A stretch of DNA of 63,481 nucleotides, counting the filler. It is 5 parts of 5 records of this genome, joined end to end, with 100 filler letters (N's around TTAATTAATTAA, not from the genome) between each part and the next. Parts side by side here need not be neighbours in the genome. Positions count along the whole stretch, not along the records: positions 1 to 26,856 come from DRR378314_131; 4 more parts are not named here. One strand, 5' to 3'. Below are positions 1 through 9,372 of this stretch, piece after piece (position 1 is the first letter of the stretch; each line of letters opens with the position of its first letter). Made by a program: the position numbers and the translations under genes. The notes under the pieces are model-generated. The model ran no database searches, was not told where the DNA came from, and saw only the letters and a list, made by a program, of their open reading frames with translations.

Positions 1-2
1 CT

Positions 3-27
3 TTCGCGGGCTGGGCCCGCTCCCACA
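3..27 (-). repeat. REP-like palindromic element (TGTGGGAGCGGGCCCAGCCCGCGAA)
   Basis: Resembles the gammaproteobacterial GTGG/GTAG-type REP pattern with a GCGGGC-N-GCCCGC stem; lies just past the RIO kinase stop at the window edge. Confidence 0.7.
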
Positions 28-38
28 ATTCTCTCGCT

Positions 39-887
39 CTAATCGGAATCGTTGAGTCGCTCCTGGCGTTCCTGCTCCTCTTCGAAGGCGGCTTTGATCT
101 CGGCCAGGACGTCCTCGACGTTGGCGGCTTCGCCGGAGTCCTCGAACTCGCCGGTGAGTGACACCTCCGGGTGCAGGTCGCCGGCCTCGTAGAGGGCCCA
201 GATTTCCTCGCCGTAGCGGCTGCCGACCAGGGCCGGGGCGTACTGGCCGTAGTAGCGCGTCATGTTGTTGACGTCGCGTAGCAGGAACGCCTCGGCGTGG
301 TTGTTGGCGGCGGCGTCCACCGCCTGGGGCAGGTCGATCACCACCGGCCCGTAGGCGTCCACCAGCACGTTGAATTCGGACAGATCGCCGTGGACCAGCC
401 CGGCGCACAGCATCAGCACCACGTAGTGCATCATCAGGGCGTGGTCTTCCAGTGCCTGCTCCTCGGTGAGCACCACGTCGCACAGGCGCGGCGCCACGTC
501 GCCGGCGTCGTCGGTGATCAGCTCCATCAGCAGTACGCCTTCCAGCATGTCGTAGGGCCGGGGCACGCGCACGCCGGCGTCCGCCAGGCGGCGCAGGGCG
601 TCCACTTCGGCGGTCTGCCAGACCTTTTCCTGCTGATCGCGGCCGAACTTGGAGCCCTTTTCCATGGCCCGGGCACGGCGCGTGCTGCGCACCTTGCGGC
701 CCTCCTGGTAGTGCACCGCCTGCTTGAAGCCGCGCTTGGCGGCCTCCTTGTACACCTTGGCGCACTGCACCCGGTCGCCGCAGCGGACCACATAGATGTC
801 CGCCTCTTTGCCGCTCATCAGCCGGCTGATCACTTCGTCCACCAGGCCGTCATCGACCAGGGGTTGTATCCGTTTCGGGGTTTTCAT
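39..887 (-). CDS. RIO1-family atypical Ser/Thr kinase (PA4780-like)
   Basis: SGKEA P-loop, CAKVYK, HGDLSEFNVL catalytic loop, IDLPQ; start taken at MKTPKR (887) after an AAGGG RBS, not at the track start 1304. Confidence 0.9.
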   Translation of the reverse strand: MKTPKRIQPLVDDGLVDEVISRLMSGKEADIYVVRCGDRVQCAKVYKEAAKRGFKQAVHYQEGRKVRSTRRARAMEKGSKFGRDQQEKVWQTAEVDALRRLADAGVRVPRPYDMLEGVLLMELITDDAGDVAPRLCDVVLTEEQALEDHALMMHYVVLMLCAGLVHGDLSEFNVLVDAYGPVVIDLPQAVDAAANNHAEAFLLRDVNNMTRYYGQYAPALVGSRYGEEIWALYEAGDLHPEVSLTGEFEDSGEAANVEDVLAEIKAAFEEEQERQERLNDSD

Positions 888-942
888 GCCGCCCTTATAC
901 GCTATTCGCCGATGGCGGGCATCCCCTGGTGGAGGGGGTGGT

Positions 943-2097
943 TCACGGCGCTCGGCCGGCGGCGTCGAGTTCCGCCTCCAATTGCCGGTGAAAACGCGGC
1001 GCGCTGTACTCAAACGTGCCGAAAGTGAGTACCTGATTGGCGCCGGACGGCAGTCCCTTCTGGATCGATTCCGACAGGTTGTAGTCCTCGGCCAGGGTGC
1101 GCCGGTACAGGTCCACGTTGGCTTGCCAGTAACGCTCCGCTTTGTCGCTGTCCGGGGCGGCGGGCAGCAGGGTGATCTCGTGGACACGGGTACGGTTCGG
1201 CCCGAGCGGCTCCAGGGTGCTGAACTGGGCGTGGTCGGGCTGCACCAGCACGGTGGTGTTGGGAAAAAAGAAGTACAGAATGTTGCCGTGCCGGCGCGGT
1301 TCAAAGCCGTCGGCGTCCGGCGGGTTGGCCGGGTCCAGGTTGGATTTGACCAAATACAGCCGGCGATTGAGTCCCGCTTCGTCGATGATCTGGAGGTTGT
1401 CGGTGAACAGGTGCGCGATGGTATTCCGGTGCGCCACCTTGAAGTGGTAGGCCTCTAGGGAACCGTCCACCAGCAGTTTCCAGTTGGCGGCCACCTCATA
1501 GTGGCGCGGCGCGTAGGCCACGGGCGCGGACAGATCCAGGGCTTCCAGCTCGCCCATCAATGGATCGAGATGGCTGTCGATATCGCTGTCCGCGAGATCC
1601 GGGTCGGCGACTACCCAGACCAGGCCGCCGCGCTCCCGAACGACCAGGCGCCGCAGCCCGGATTCCGCCTTGTTCAGGCAGGGAAAGCCGAACGCCTGGG
1701 GCAGCCCCTTCAGGCTTCCGTCCAGGGCGTAGGTCCAGGCGTGGTAAGGGCAAACAAAGGTCCGGGCGCTGTGGCCGGCGCCTTCGTCCAGCAGGCGGGC
1801 GCCCCGGTGGCGACATACGTTGAGGAAGGCCCGCAAGGCGCCGTCCTCCTGACGCACCAGCAGCAAAGGCACGCCCAGCCGGTCGCGGGCCAGCCAGGCG
1901 CCGGCGGCGGGCAGTTCGCTGCTGGCGGCCACCGCCTGGGGGCGGCGCCGCATCAGGGCCCGCTCCCGGTCGGCACGGCCGCGGTCCAGATAGCGGTCCA
2001 CCGGCACCTCGCCCGGGGCGGCCCGACCTTCCGGCCGCGTCCCGTTGAGCGCCTCCAGGGTGCGCCGGTGAAGGTCTGCACGGACCTCTGGTTTCAT
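943..2097 (-). CDS. Rieske non-heme iron oxygenase alpha subunit
   Basis: CRHRG...CPYH Rieske motif; ANWKL..D..LEAYH....H mononuclear iron motif; ED...ESIQKG. Confidence 0.92.
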   Translation of the reverse strand: MKPEVRADLHRRTLEALNGTRPEGRAAPGEVPVDRYLDRGRADRERALMRRRPQAVAASSELPAAGAWLARDRLGVPLLLVRQEDGALRAFLNVCRHRGARLLDEGAGHSARTFVCPYHAWTYALDGSLKGLPQAFGFPCLNKAESGLRRLVVRERGGLVWVVADPDLADSDIDSHLDPLMGELEALDLSAPVAYAPRHYEVAANWKLLVDGSLEAYHFKVAHRNTIAHLFTDNLQIIDEAGLNRRLYLVKSNLDPANPPDADGFEPRRHGNILYFFFPNTTVLVQPDHAQFSTLEPLGPNRTRVHEITLLPAAPDSDKAERYWQANVDLYRRTLAEDYNLSESIQKGLPSGANQVLTFGTFEYSAPRFHRQLEAELDAAGRAP

Positions 2098-2116
2098 GTT
2101 GGGGCTCCGGTGTCAT

Positions 2117-2126
2117 CTTGTTGTTC
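2117..2126 (-). promoter_or_regulatory. Putative Hfq/Crc CA-motif (AACAACAA) in the Rieske oxygenase leader
   Basis: GAACAACAAG about 20 nt upstream of the ATG; matches the AAnAAnAA catabolite-repression motif. Confidence 0.4.
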
Positions 2127-2261
2127 TGATCGGACCAAAATGCGCGTGGCGCCGACAGTCTGTCAATGCGCCCTTGCCGGCTCGGCGCGCTTGCAATGGT
2201 GAGGCCTCCTGTGACGTTATAGACGGCTTCGGCGTTGTGTCGTGGCGAAAGAGGAAAAGGG

Positions 2262-2876
2262 ATGTCCAACCGGCGTTGTTTCGGTGTGCTGATGGCGCTG
2301 TTCGTGGTGTTGTTTGCGGTGCTGGCGGTGTCGCCCCGCGAGCCGGCGACCTGGGCGATGGAAAACGCCGTGGCGGTGCTGTTCGTCATCGGCCTGTGGG
2401 TGACGCGCCGCTGGTTCCGGTTCTCGCGCAGCGCCTACCTGATGATGTTCTCGTTTCTGGCGCTGCATGAGATCGGCGCCCACTACACCTATTCCCATGT
2501 GCCCTACGACCAGACCGTGCATGCGCTCTTCGGTTTCAGTCCGGACGCGGTGATGGGGTGGCAGCGTAACCAGTACGACCGCTTTCTACATCTGCTTTAC
2601 GGCGTGCTGTTGGTGTTGCCGCTGAGTGAGCTGTGCCGGGAGTGGGGCGGGCTGCGGCGGCCTGGTGCGGCGCTGTTCGCGTTCAGCCTGATACTGGCCT
2701 CGTCGCTGCTCTATGAGCTGATTGAGTGGGGCGCCGCCGTGGCGCTGGGGGACGGCAGCACCGCCTTTCTCGGCACCCAGGGCGACCCCTGGGACGCCCA
2801 GAAGGACATGGCACTGGCCACGGTCGGCGCGCTGGCCTCGCTGGTGATCGCGGCACTGGCACGGCGTATCCGGTGA
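2262..2876 (+). CDS. DUF2238 (YjdF-like) membrane protein
   Basis: LHEIGAHYTYS.VPY, RNQYDR..H, YELIEW and GTQGD.WDAQKDM motifs; multiple TM helices. Confidence 0.88.
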   Translation: MSNRRCFGVLMALFVVLFAVLAVSPREPATWAMENAVAVLFVIGLWVTRRWFRFSRSAYLMMFSFLALHEIGAHYTYSHVPYDQTVHALFGFSPDAVMGWQRNQYDRFLHLLYGVLLVLPLSELCREWGGLRRPGAALFAFSLILASSLLYELIEWGAAVALGDGSTAFLGTQGDPWDAQKDMALATVGALASLVIAALARRIR

Positions 2877-2973
2877 GCTCTAACCGGATTTTGCATTCGC
2901 GCCGTATCCGCGCCGCCGGCCGGGTGTCTACACTGGAACTCGTTCATACACGCCCAATGGCAAGGAGAGCACC

Positions 2974-3351
2974 ATGACCTATAGCGCGGAGTACGCTACC
3001 GATCACCCCACCCGGGACGAGGTGGAAGCCATCCGCGAGCCCACCGTGGTGGAATTCGGCCAGCCCGGTTGCGGCCACTGCCAGGCCGCCGCGCCGCTGA
3101 TCAAGGCGGCGTTCGCCGATTTTACCGGGGTGGTGCACCTGAAACTGGAGGACGCCAAGGGCCGGTTGCTCGGGCGCGCGTTCAAGGTAAAACAATGGCC
3201 GACACTGATCTTCCTGCAGGAGGGCGAGGAAGTGGCGCGTCTGGTGCGCCCGCAGAGCGAGCAGGCGGTGCGCGAAGCCCTGGAGAAAATCGACGCCAAG
3301 GCCTACCGGGACGCCGACCAGGCGGGCACGGGCGGCAGCAAGGATCCGTGA
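2974..3351 (+). CDS. Thioredoxin-family protein
   Basis: CGHC motif, WPTLIF cis-Pro loop, GGAGAG RBS. Confidence 0.88.
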   Translation: MTYSAEYATDHPTRDEVEAIREPTVVEFGQPGCGHCQAAAPLIKAAFADFTGVVHLKLEDAKGRLLGRAFKVKQWPTLIFLQEGEEVARLVRPQSEQAVREALEKIDAKAYRDADQAGTGGSKDP

Positions 3352-3485
3352 AGAACCGGTTTTAATTTGTGGCGCGCAATTACATTAACAATGTGGTTGC
3401 GCGTCCTTTGTCATGCTAAGTTTGCCCGAAATAAAAATAAACAAGGGTTTTCATATCAGCCCGATAATCATAAATGGGGTAAACA

Positions 3486-4445
3486 ATGCGCATTGGTATT
3501 GTCGTGGATTCCACCTGCGATTTACCGGAATCCTATTTCAAAAAAAATAATATCCAGATCCTTCCAATTTCCATTCGTCTGGGTAAAGAGTTGCTGGTCG
3601 ATAAGCGTGACGAGCAAGCCACCCGCCGGTTCTATCAGGAGCAACTGGACTCCGAGGGCATCGACGCCGAATCCATTCCTTATTCCGTGGATCAGATCCA
3701 GGCGGTGTTTCTGGAGCAATTGGTCATCGATTATGACCTGGTGTTCTGTATTACCGTCTCTGGTAAGCGCAGCCTGATTTTTGATAACGCCACCAAGGCG
3801 TCTTTCTCGATTCTCAAGCAGTATCAGAAAGTGCGCGCCGACGCCGGGGTGCCGGGGCCCTTCTCGATGCGGGTGATCGACAGTAAAACCTTGTTCTCCG
3901 GTACCGCGGTATTGGTTTGCGAGGTGGCTAAAATGATCGAAGAGGGCGCCAACCGAAACGCCATTCGCCTGCGTATCGATGAGATGCTGCCGCACATCTG
4001 CGGCTATATGGTGCCCGAGAAACTGGCTTATGTGCGCGACCGGGGTTTCAAGAAAGGCGAACGCAAAAGCTTTTCAGATTCCATGCGAGGGGTGGCGCTG
4101 ACCGTTGGGTCGGCGTTGTCGATGCACCCATTGATCCGCATCCACGGTGGCGAGGAAAATCCGGTCACGGTCAATCGGAGCTATGAGAAGTCGGCACGGC
4201 GAATGCTCGAGCATGTGGCCAAGCAAATCCGCGCCGGGAAGTTGATGTCCAGCCATGTCTGCCTCAGCTACGCCGGCGATGCCGCCCGCGTGCCGGCCAT
4301 GCCCGGTTATGCTGAGCTGGAAGACGCCGCCCGCGAGCACAATGTGCAGCTGCTGGTGTCCACCATGAGCCCCACCGGCGCCATTAACGTGGGCGCCGGC
4401 TGCCTGTTCGTGGCGTTCGCCAGCCAGGACGATCAGTTCGAGTAA
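3486..4445 (+). CDS. DegV-family fatty-acid-binding protein
   Basis: MRIGIVVDSTCDLP start, VIDSKTLFSG, C-terminal NVGAG motif. Confidence 0.88.
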   Translation: MRIGIVVDSTCDLPESYFKKNNIQILPISIRLGKELLVDKRDEQATRRFYQEQLDSEGIDAESIPYSVDQIQAVFLEQLVIDYDLVFCITVSGKRSLIFDNATKASFSILKQYQKVRADAGVPGPFSMRVIDSKTLFSGTAVLVCEVAKMIEEGANRNAIRLRIDEMLPHICGYMVPEKLAYVRDRGFKKGERKSFSDSMRGVALTVGSALSMHPLIRIHGGEENPVTVNRSYEKSARRMLEHVAKQIRAGKLMSSHVCLSYAGDAARVPAMPGYAELEDAAREHNVQLLVSTMSPTGAINVGAGCLFVAFASQDDQFE

Positions 4446-4452
4446 ACCTTTT

Positions 4453-6027
4453 CTAGAACTGTTCCTCGATGGGTTCCACCGCGGTCGCCGGGGTGGCGTG
4501 CGCCGGCCGGCCCCGCAGTAACAGCGCCGTCATCAGCGCGGTGCCGGCGATGATCACCGCGCCGATCACCGAGTTGGTGTGCAGGGCGGCGCTGAAGCCG
4601 GCGCGGGCCGCGTCCATCACCTGAGAGGCCAACGCCGGGGGCAGTTGCGCGGCGGTGCCGATGGCGCCCCCCAGCGTATCGCCGGCGGCCAGGGCTTGTG
4701 CCTCGTTGAGCCCCTCCGGCATGGCGTCCAGCATATGCCGCCGATAGACCGCCGCGCCGACACTGCCGATCACCGCGATGCCCAGGGCCATGCCCAGTTC
4801 GGTGGCGGTTTCCGAGGTGGCCGAGGCGGCCCCCGCCTTGGTGGCCGGCGCCGCGCTCACCACCATGTCTGTGCCGAGGATCATCATCGGCATCACGCCC
4901 ATGCCCATGATCGTCATACCCACCACCAGCAGCATCAGGTCGTCGATATCGTTGACCCGCATCAGCGCCGCCAGGCCCACGGCGGCCAGCACCAGGCCGC
5001 CGCTCACCAGCCGCGAATGCGGTATATAACGGGTGGCCGCCGGAATCAGTAACGACGCCGCCGTCTGCACCACCGCCGGCGGCAGCATGGCCAGGCCCGC
5101 CTGCAGCGGCGACAACCCCAGCACCCCCTGCAGGTACTGAAACACCATCAGCCAGGCGCCGGAGAGCGCCAGGATGGTCAGCATCATGGCCGCCACCGAG
5201 GTGCTGAAATGGCGGCTGCGGAACAGGCTCAGGTCGAACATCGGCTCGCTGAGACGGCGCTGGCGCCGGGTGAACACCACGGCCAGGCCCAGGCCCAGCA
5301 GCATCGACAGGAACGGCGCCGCGTGCACGCCGTTGCGGGCCAGATCCTTGAGCCCGTAGATCACCGCCAGCACCATCGCCACCGACAGCAGGGCGCTGGG
5401 CAGATCCTGGCGGCCGGCGTTCTCGTCGCGGAACTCCGGCAGCAGCCAGGGGCCGCACAGCAACAACAGCAGCATCACCGGCACCCCGAGCAGGAACACC
5501 GAGCCCCACCAGAAGAATTCCAGCAAGGCGCCGCCCACCAGCGGGCCGATGGCGCTGCCGACGATAAAACCGGTCATCCACACGGTGATCGCCAGGGTGC
5601 GTTCGCGCTCCACCTGGAACATATTGCGCAGTAGCGACAGGGTGGACGGCATCAGCGTGGCGCCGGCCACGCCCAGCAGAGCACGCGCCGCGATCAGGGT
5701 TTCCGCGCTCTCCGAAAACGCCGCCATCACCGACGCCAGCCCGAAGGCGCTGGCGCCGGCCAGCAGCAGCTTGCGGCGGCCGATGCGGTCGCCCAGCGTG
5801 CCCATGGTCACCAGGAAGCCGGCGATCATGAAGCCGTAGATATCCAGAATCCACAGCAACTGATCGCTGGTGGGCTGCAGGTCGGCGCTGAGATGCGGCG
5901 CGGCCAGGTGCAGCACCGTCATATCCAGCGCCAGCAGCACCGTGGGCAGCATCAATACCGCCAGGCCCAGCCATTCGCGGCGGGTCGCCGGGGTCGCGGT
6001 GATTTCATCGGGTACAGCGGGGGGCAT
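4453..6027 (-). CDS. MFS drug:H+ antiporter (DHA2, SmvA/QacA-like)
   Basis: LDMTVL, GTLGDRIGRRKLL motif A, GPLVGG; about 14 hydrophobic segments. Confidence 0.92.
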   Translation of the reverse strand: MPPAVPDEITATPATRREWLGLAVLMLPTVLLALDMTVLHLAAPHLSADLQPTSDQLLWILDIYGFMIAGFLVTMGTLGDRIGRRKLLLAGASAFGLASVMAAFSESAETLIAARALLGVAGATLMPSTLSLLRNMFQVERERTLAITVWMTGFIVGSAIGPLVGGALLEFFWWGSVFLLGVPVMLLLLLCGPWLLPEFRDENAGRQDLPSALLSVAMVLAVIYGLKDLARNGVHAAPFLSMLLGLGLAVVFTRRQRRLSEPMFDLSLFRSRHFSTSVAAMMLTILALSGAWLMVFQYLQGVLGLSPLQAGLAMLPPAVVQTAASLLIPAATRYIPHSRLVSGGLVLAAVGLAALMRVNDIDDLMLLVVGMTIMGMGVMPMMILGTDMVVSAAPATKAGAASATSETATELGMALGIAVIGSVGAAVYRRHMLDAMPEGLNEAQALAAGDTLGGAIGTAAQLPPALASQVMDAARAGFSAALHTNSVIGAVIIAGTALMTALLLRGRPAHATPATAVEPIEEQF

Positions 6028-6039
6028 GGTGGGGTCCTT

Positions 6040-6408
6040 TCAGTAACGTCCTTCTTCGCGCAACTCGGCCTCGATGGGCCGCACTTCGATAGCGCCGATG
6101 CGGGCCGACGGCCAGTGGGCGGCGATCTCCAGCGCGTGCTCGTCGTCGCGGGCTTCGATCAGGAAGTAACCGCCGATCTGCTCCTTGGTTTCCGCGAACG
6201 GACCGTCGGTCACCGAACCTTTGCCGTCGCGCACGCGGGCGACCCTGGCGCGGGTGGGGCTTTGCAGGGCCTGGGTGTCGAGCAGCTCGCCGCGCTCGCG
6301 CAGCGCCGCCACATAATCCAGGGTTTCCTGGCGCAGTGCCAGCCACTCCTCGCGGCTCAGGGACTTGAGGTCCTGTTCCGCTTCATAAGCCAGACAAAGA
6401 TATTTCAT
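6040..6408 (-). CDS. YciI/DGPF-family protein
   Basis: VTDGPFAETKEQIGGY and IEVRP signature. Confidence 0.92.
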   Translation of the reverse strand: MKYLCLAYEAEQDLKSLSREEWLALRQETLDYVAALRERGELLDTQALQSPTRARVARVRDGKGSVTDGPFAETKEQIGGYFLIEARDDEHALEIAAHWPSARIGAIEVRPIEAELREEGRY

Positions 6409-6443
6409 GTTCGCTCCTGTTAACGGAAGGGTGTCGTCTCACA

Positions 6444-6470
6444 GTCGTCGTGGCGGCCGCCGTTTCGACA
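6444..6470 (-). promoter_or_regulatory. Putative ECF42-type sigma promoter (TGTCGA-N17-CGAC) driving DGPF-MFS
   Basis: Minus strand reads TGTCGAaacggcggccgccacgaCGAC upstream of a DGPF gene, the gene class ECF42 sigmas are known to control. Confidence 0.6.
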
Positions 6471-6571
6471 ATCCGGGTTTCACGTTTTGTGGATACTTTT
6501 TCGCCTATCCAGTGTCCAGTGGTCTAGTCTGACCAAAAATAATGCCGTTGGAGAGTGACAAGGAGAGTGCC

Positions 6572-7510
6572 ATGTTTTCACGTCGTGATTTCCTCAATAC
6601 CAGCCTCTGGGCCGGCGCCGGCCTGGCCCTGGGCGTGCACCGCGCGGCACTGGCGGCGGACGGCAAGGGCGCGCTGCCCGCCGGCGAAAGCCTGCGCACC
6701 CGCGCCATCCCGGCCAGCGGCGAACAAATTCCGGTGGTCGGCGCCGGCACCTCCGGCAGCTTCGTGGCCGAGATCGGCTCGGAGAAGTACCAGCGCCTCA
6801 AGGAGGTCATGGCGATCTTCTTCAACAGCGGCGCCACCGTGTTCGATACCTCGCCCAACTACGGCGGCGCGGACAAGGTGCTGGGCGCGCTGCTGGAAGA
6901 GGGCGGCTGGCGGGACCAATGCTTCCTGGCCACCAAGATCGCCGCCGACAGCCGCGCCGAGGCCGAGCGGCAGTGGGCCGAATCCCTCAATGCATTGCGC
7001 ACCGACAAGGTGGAACTGCTGCAGGTGCACAACTTGCGCGACTGGAAAACCCAGCTGCCTTACGCCCGCGAGCTGAAAGAGCAGGGCAAAACCAAGTATG
7101 TGGGTGTCACCCACTACCTGGATCGTGGCCTGGACGAAATGGAGCGGATCCTGCGCAGCGAACCGCTCGATTTTATCCAGATCCACTACTCCATCAACGC
7201 GCCGGCGGCGGCGGAAACCGTCCTGCCGCTGGCCCGTGACAAGGGTGTGGCGGTGCTGATCAACCGCGCCTTTGACGACGGCAAGCTGTTTGGCCGGGTG
7301 AAGGACAAGCCGCTGCCCGGCTGGGCGGCGGAAGTAGGGGTGGAATCCTGGGCGCAGATGTTCCTTAAATTCGCCATCAGCCACCCGGCGGTGACCACGG
7401 TGATCCCCGCCACCAGCAAACCCAAGCATCAAAGGGACAACCTGCAGGCCGGCTACGGGCCGCTGCTCAGCGAGGCACAAACCCGGGAACTGATCGCGAT
7501 GGACCTGTAG
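6572..7510 (+). CDS. Aldo/keto reductase with twin-arginine (Tat) signal
   Basis: SRRDFL + hydrophobic helix + ALA; AKR tetrad D/Y (FDTSPNYG), K (LATK), H (LQVHN); IPAT cofactor-loop motif. Confidence 0.9.
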   Translation: MFSRRDFLNTSLWAGAGLALGVHRAALAADGKGALPAGESLRTRAIPASGEQIPVVGAGTSGSFVAEIGSEKYQRLKEVMAIFFNSGATVFDTSPNYGGADKVLGALLEEGGWRDQCFLATKIAADSRAEAERQWAESLNALRTDKVELLQVHNLRDWKTQLPYARELKEQGKTKYVGVTHYLDRGLDEMERILRSEPLDFIQIHYSINAPAAAETVLPLARDKGVAVLINRAFDDGKLFGRVKDKPLPGWAAEVGVESWAQMFLKFAISHPAVTTVIPATSKPKHQRDNLQAGYGPLLSEAQTRELIAMDL

Positions 7511-7514
7511 CGGC

Positions 7515-8810
7515 GTGAGCACCTTCGCCCGCTTGTTCAATCTGCACAGCCGGGAAGCGCCCTCGGTGCTCGCCGGTCTGTTAATGTTCTTCCTGCTGTT
7601 CACCGGCTATTTCATGCTGCGTCCGGTGCGCGAAACCATGGGCGTGGCCGGCGGCGTGGACAACCTGCAGTGGCTGTTCACCGGCACCTTCGTGGCGACG
7701 CTGGCGGTGCTGCCGCTGTTTGGCTGGCTGGCCTCGAGAGTGGCGCGGCGGCGCATCATGCCCTGGGCCTACGGTTTTTTCGTCGCCAACCTGCTGCTGT
7801 TCGCCGCGGTTTTCCTGCGCTGGCCGGAAAACCCCTGGGCGGCGCGCAGTTTTTATATCTGGTTGTCGGTGTTCAACCTGGTGGCGATTTCCCTGGCCTG
7901 GAGCGTGCTCGCCGACGTGTTCTCCACCACCCAGGCCAAGCGCCTGTTCGGCATGATCGCCGGCGGCGCCAGCCTGGGCGGGCTCACCGGGCCCGGCCTG
8001 GGGGCGCTGCTGGTGGCGCCGGTGGGCCATGTGGGCCTGCTGATGCTGGCGGCCCTGTTGCTGGCGGCGAGCGCCGGCGCCGGGGTATGGCTGTACCGTT
8101 GGCGCGACCGCTATCCCTTGCCGGCCGGGACGCGGTCGCAGGAGGAAAGCCGCCATGTGCCGCTCGGCGGCAACCCCTTCGAGGGCGCCGCCGAAGTGGC
8201 CCGCACCCCGTTTCTGATCGGCATCGCCGTGTTCGTGGTGCTGCTGGCCAGCGTCAGCACCTTTCTCTACTTCGAGCAGGCGCGGCTGGTGGCGGAGCAC
8301 TTCCCGGACCCCACCCGGCAGACCCAGGTGTTCGGCCTGATCGATACCGTGGTCCAGGGCCTCGCCATTCTTACCCAGATTTTCCTCACCGGGCGCATCG
8401 CCCAGCGCCTGGGCATCGGCGTGCTGCTGGTGGCGGTGCCGGTGGTGATCGCCGCCGGCTTCCTGTGGCTGGCGCTGGCGCCCACTTTCGCGGTGTTCGT
8501 GGTGATCATGGTGGCGCGCCGGGCCGGCGAGTACGCGCTGGTGCGCCCCGGCCGGGAGATGCTCTACACCGTGGTGCCGCCGCAGCAGAAGTTCAAAGCC
8601 AAGAACTTCATCGACACCGTGGTCTATCGCGGCGGCGACGCGGTCAGCGGCTGGGTGAAGCGGGCGCTGGATCTGCTCGGCGAGCTGCCGGGGCTGGCCA
8701 TGTTCATCGGCGCCGGCATCGCCCTGACCTGGGCGGGCACCGGCTTTCTGCTGGGACGGGCCCAGCGGCGCCGGGAAGCGGATCCGGAGGCCCCGGCGCG
8801 GCGCTCTTGA
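7515..8810 (+). CDS. MFS transporter of the NTT/TLC (ATP/ADP, NTP/NDP exchange) type
   Basis: YFMLRPVRE, QAKRLFG, EYALVRPGREMLYT and KFKAKNFIDTVVYRGGD motifs; about 12 TM. Confidence 0.82.
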   Translation: MSTFARLFNLHSREAPSVLAGLLMFFLLFTGYFMLRPVRETMGVAGGVDNLQWLFTGTFVATLAVLPLFGWLASRVARRRIMPWAYGFFVANLLLFAAVFLRWPENPWAARSFYIWLSVFNLVAISLAWSVLADVFSTTQAKRLFGMIAGGASLGGLTGPGLGALLVAPVGHVGLLMLAALLLAASAGAGVWLYRWRDRYPLPAGTRSQEESRHVPLGGNPFEGAAEVARTPFLIGIAVFVVLLASVSTFLYFEQARLVAEHFPDPTRQTQVFGLIDTVVQGLAILTQIFLTGRIAQRLGIGVLLVAVPVVIAAGFLWLALAPTFAVFVVIMVARRAGEYALVRPGREMLYTVVPPQQKFKAKNFIDTVVYRGGDAVSGWVKRALDLLGELPGLAMFIGAGIALTWAGTGFLLGRAQRRREADPEAPARRS

Positions 8811-8916
8811 AGCGCCGCCCGGGCCGCCGAAAACGGCCAGGGTAAACACGGCGTTTCACGGAAGGCTCACGCCGCCGTGACGACGATGACGGGTTTGGAT
8901 CACCGGGAGCCCGATA

Positions 8917-9372
8917 ATGATAACAGCGCGCCGCCTGCCCCTTTTTGCCTTGCTCTTCGCGATCCTCTGGTCGCCCTCCGTACTGGCCGCCGGAGGCGAT
9001 GACGCCGCCGGCGCCGTGCCCGCCCAGGTGTTGAGCGAGCAGGGACGTTATCGGGTGGAAGTGCGCCAGGTGCCCGAGCCGCTGCCCGAGGGCGAGCACT
9101 TCAGCCTGGGGTTACGGGTGGTGAGCATGGATAACCCCGACGCGCCCCTGGACGCCTCCGCCGTCACCGTCGAGGCGGGCATGCGCCACGGTCGTGACCA
9201 GGGTTTCGCCCACGGCATGCAGTCCGAACCGCAAGTGAGCGCCCGCGACGGCCTGATCCTCGTGGAAGGGCTGTACTTCCATATGGGCGGTGCCTGGACC
9301 CTGCAGGTCGCCATCGACGGTGACGACGGCGAAGACCGGGCCTGGCTGACGCTGCCCTGCTGCGGGGGATGA
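8917..9372 (+). CDS. Secreted YtkA/FixH-like Ig-fold protein, Met/His-rich
   Basis: Signal peptide (VLA|A); V.AGMRH...HGM and LYFHMGGAW.L.V motifs; C-terminal PCCGG. Confidence 0.65.
   Translation: MITARRLPLFALLFAILWSPSVLAAGGDDAAGAVPAQVLSEQGRYRVEVRQVPEPLPEGEHFSLGLRVVSMDNPDAPLDASAVTVEAGMRHGRDQGFAHGMQSEPQVSARDGLILVEGLYFHMGGAWTLQVAIDGDDGEDRAWLTLPCCGG

Noticed and set aside
888-1304. N-terminal extension of the 421-aa RIO kinase ORF
   Set aside because: Overlaps the Rieske gene in another frame; the family start and RBS are at 887
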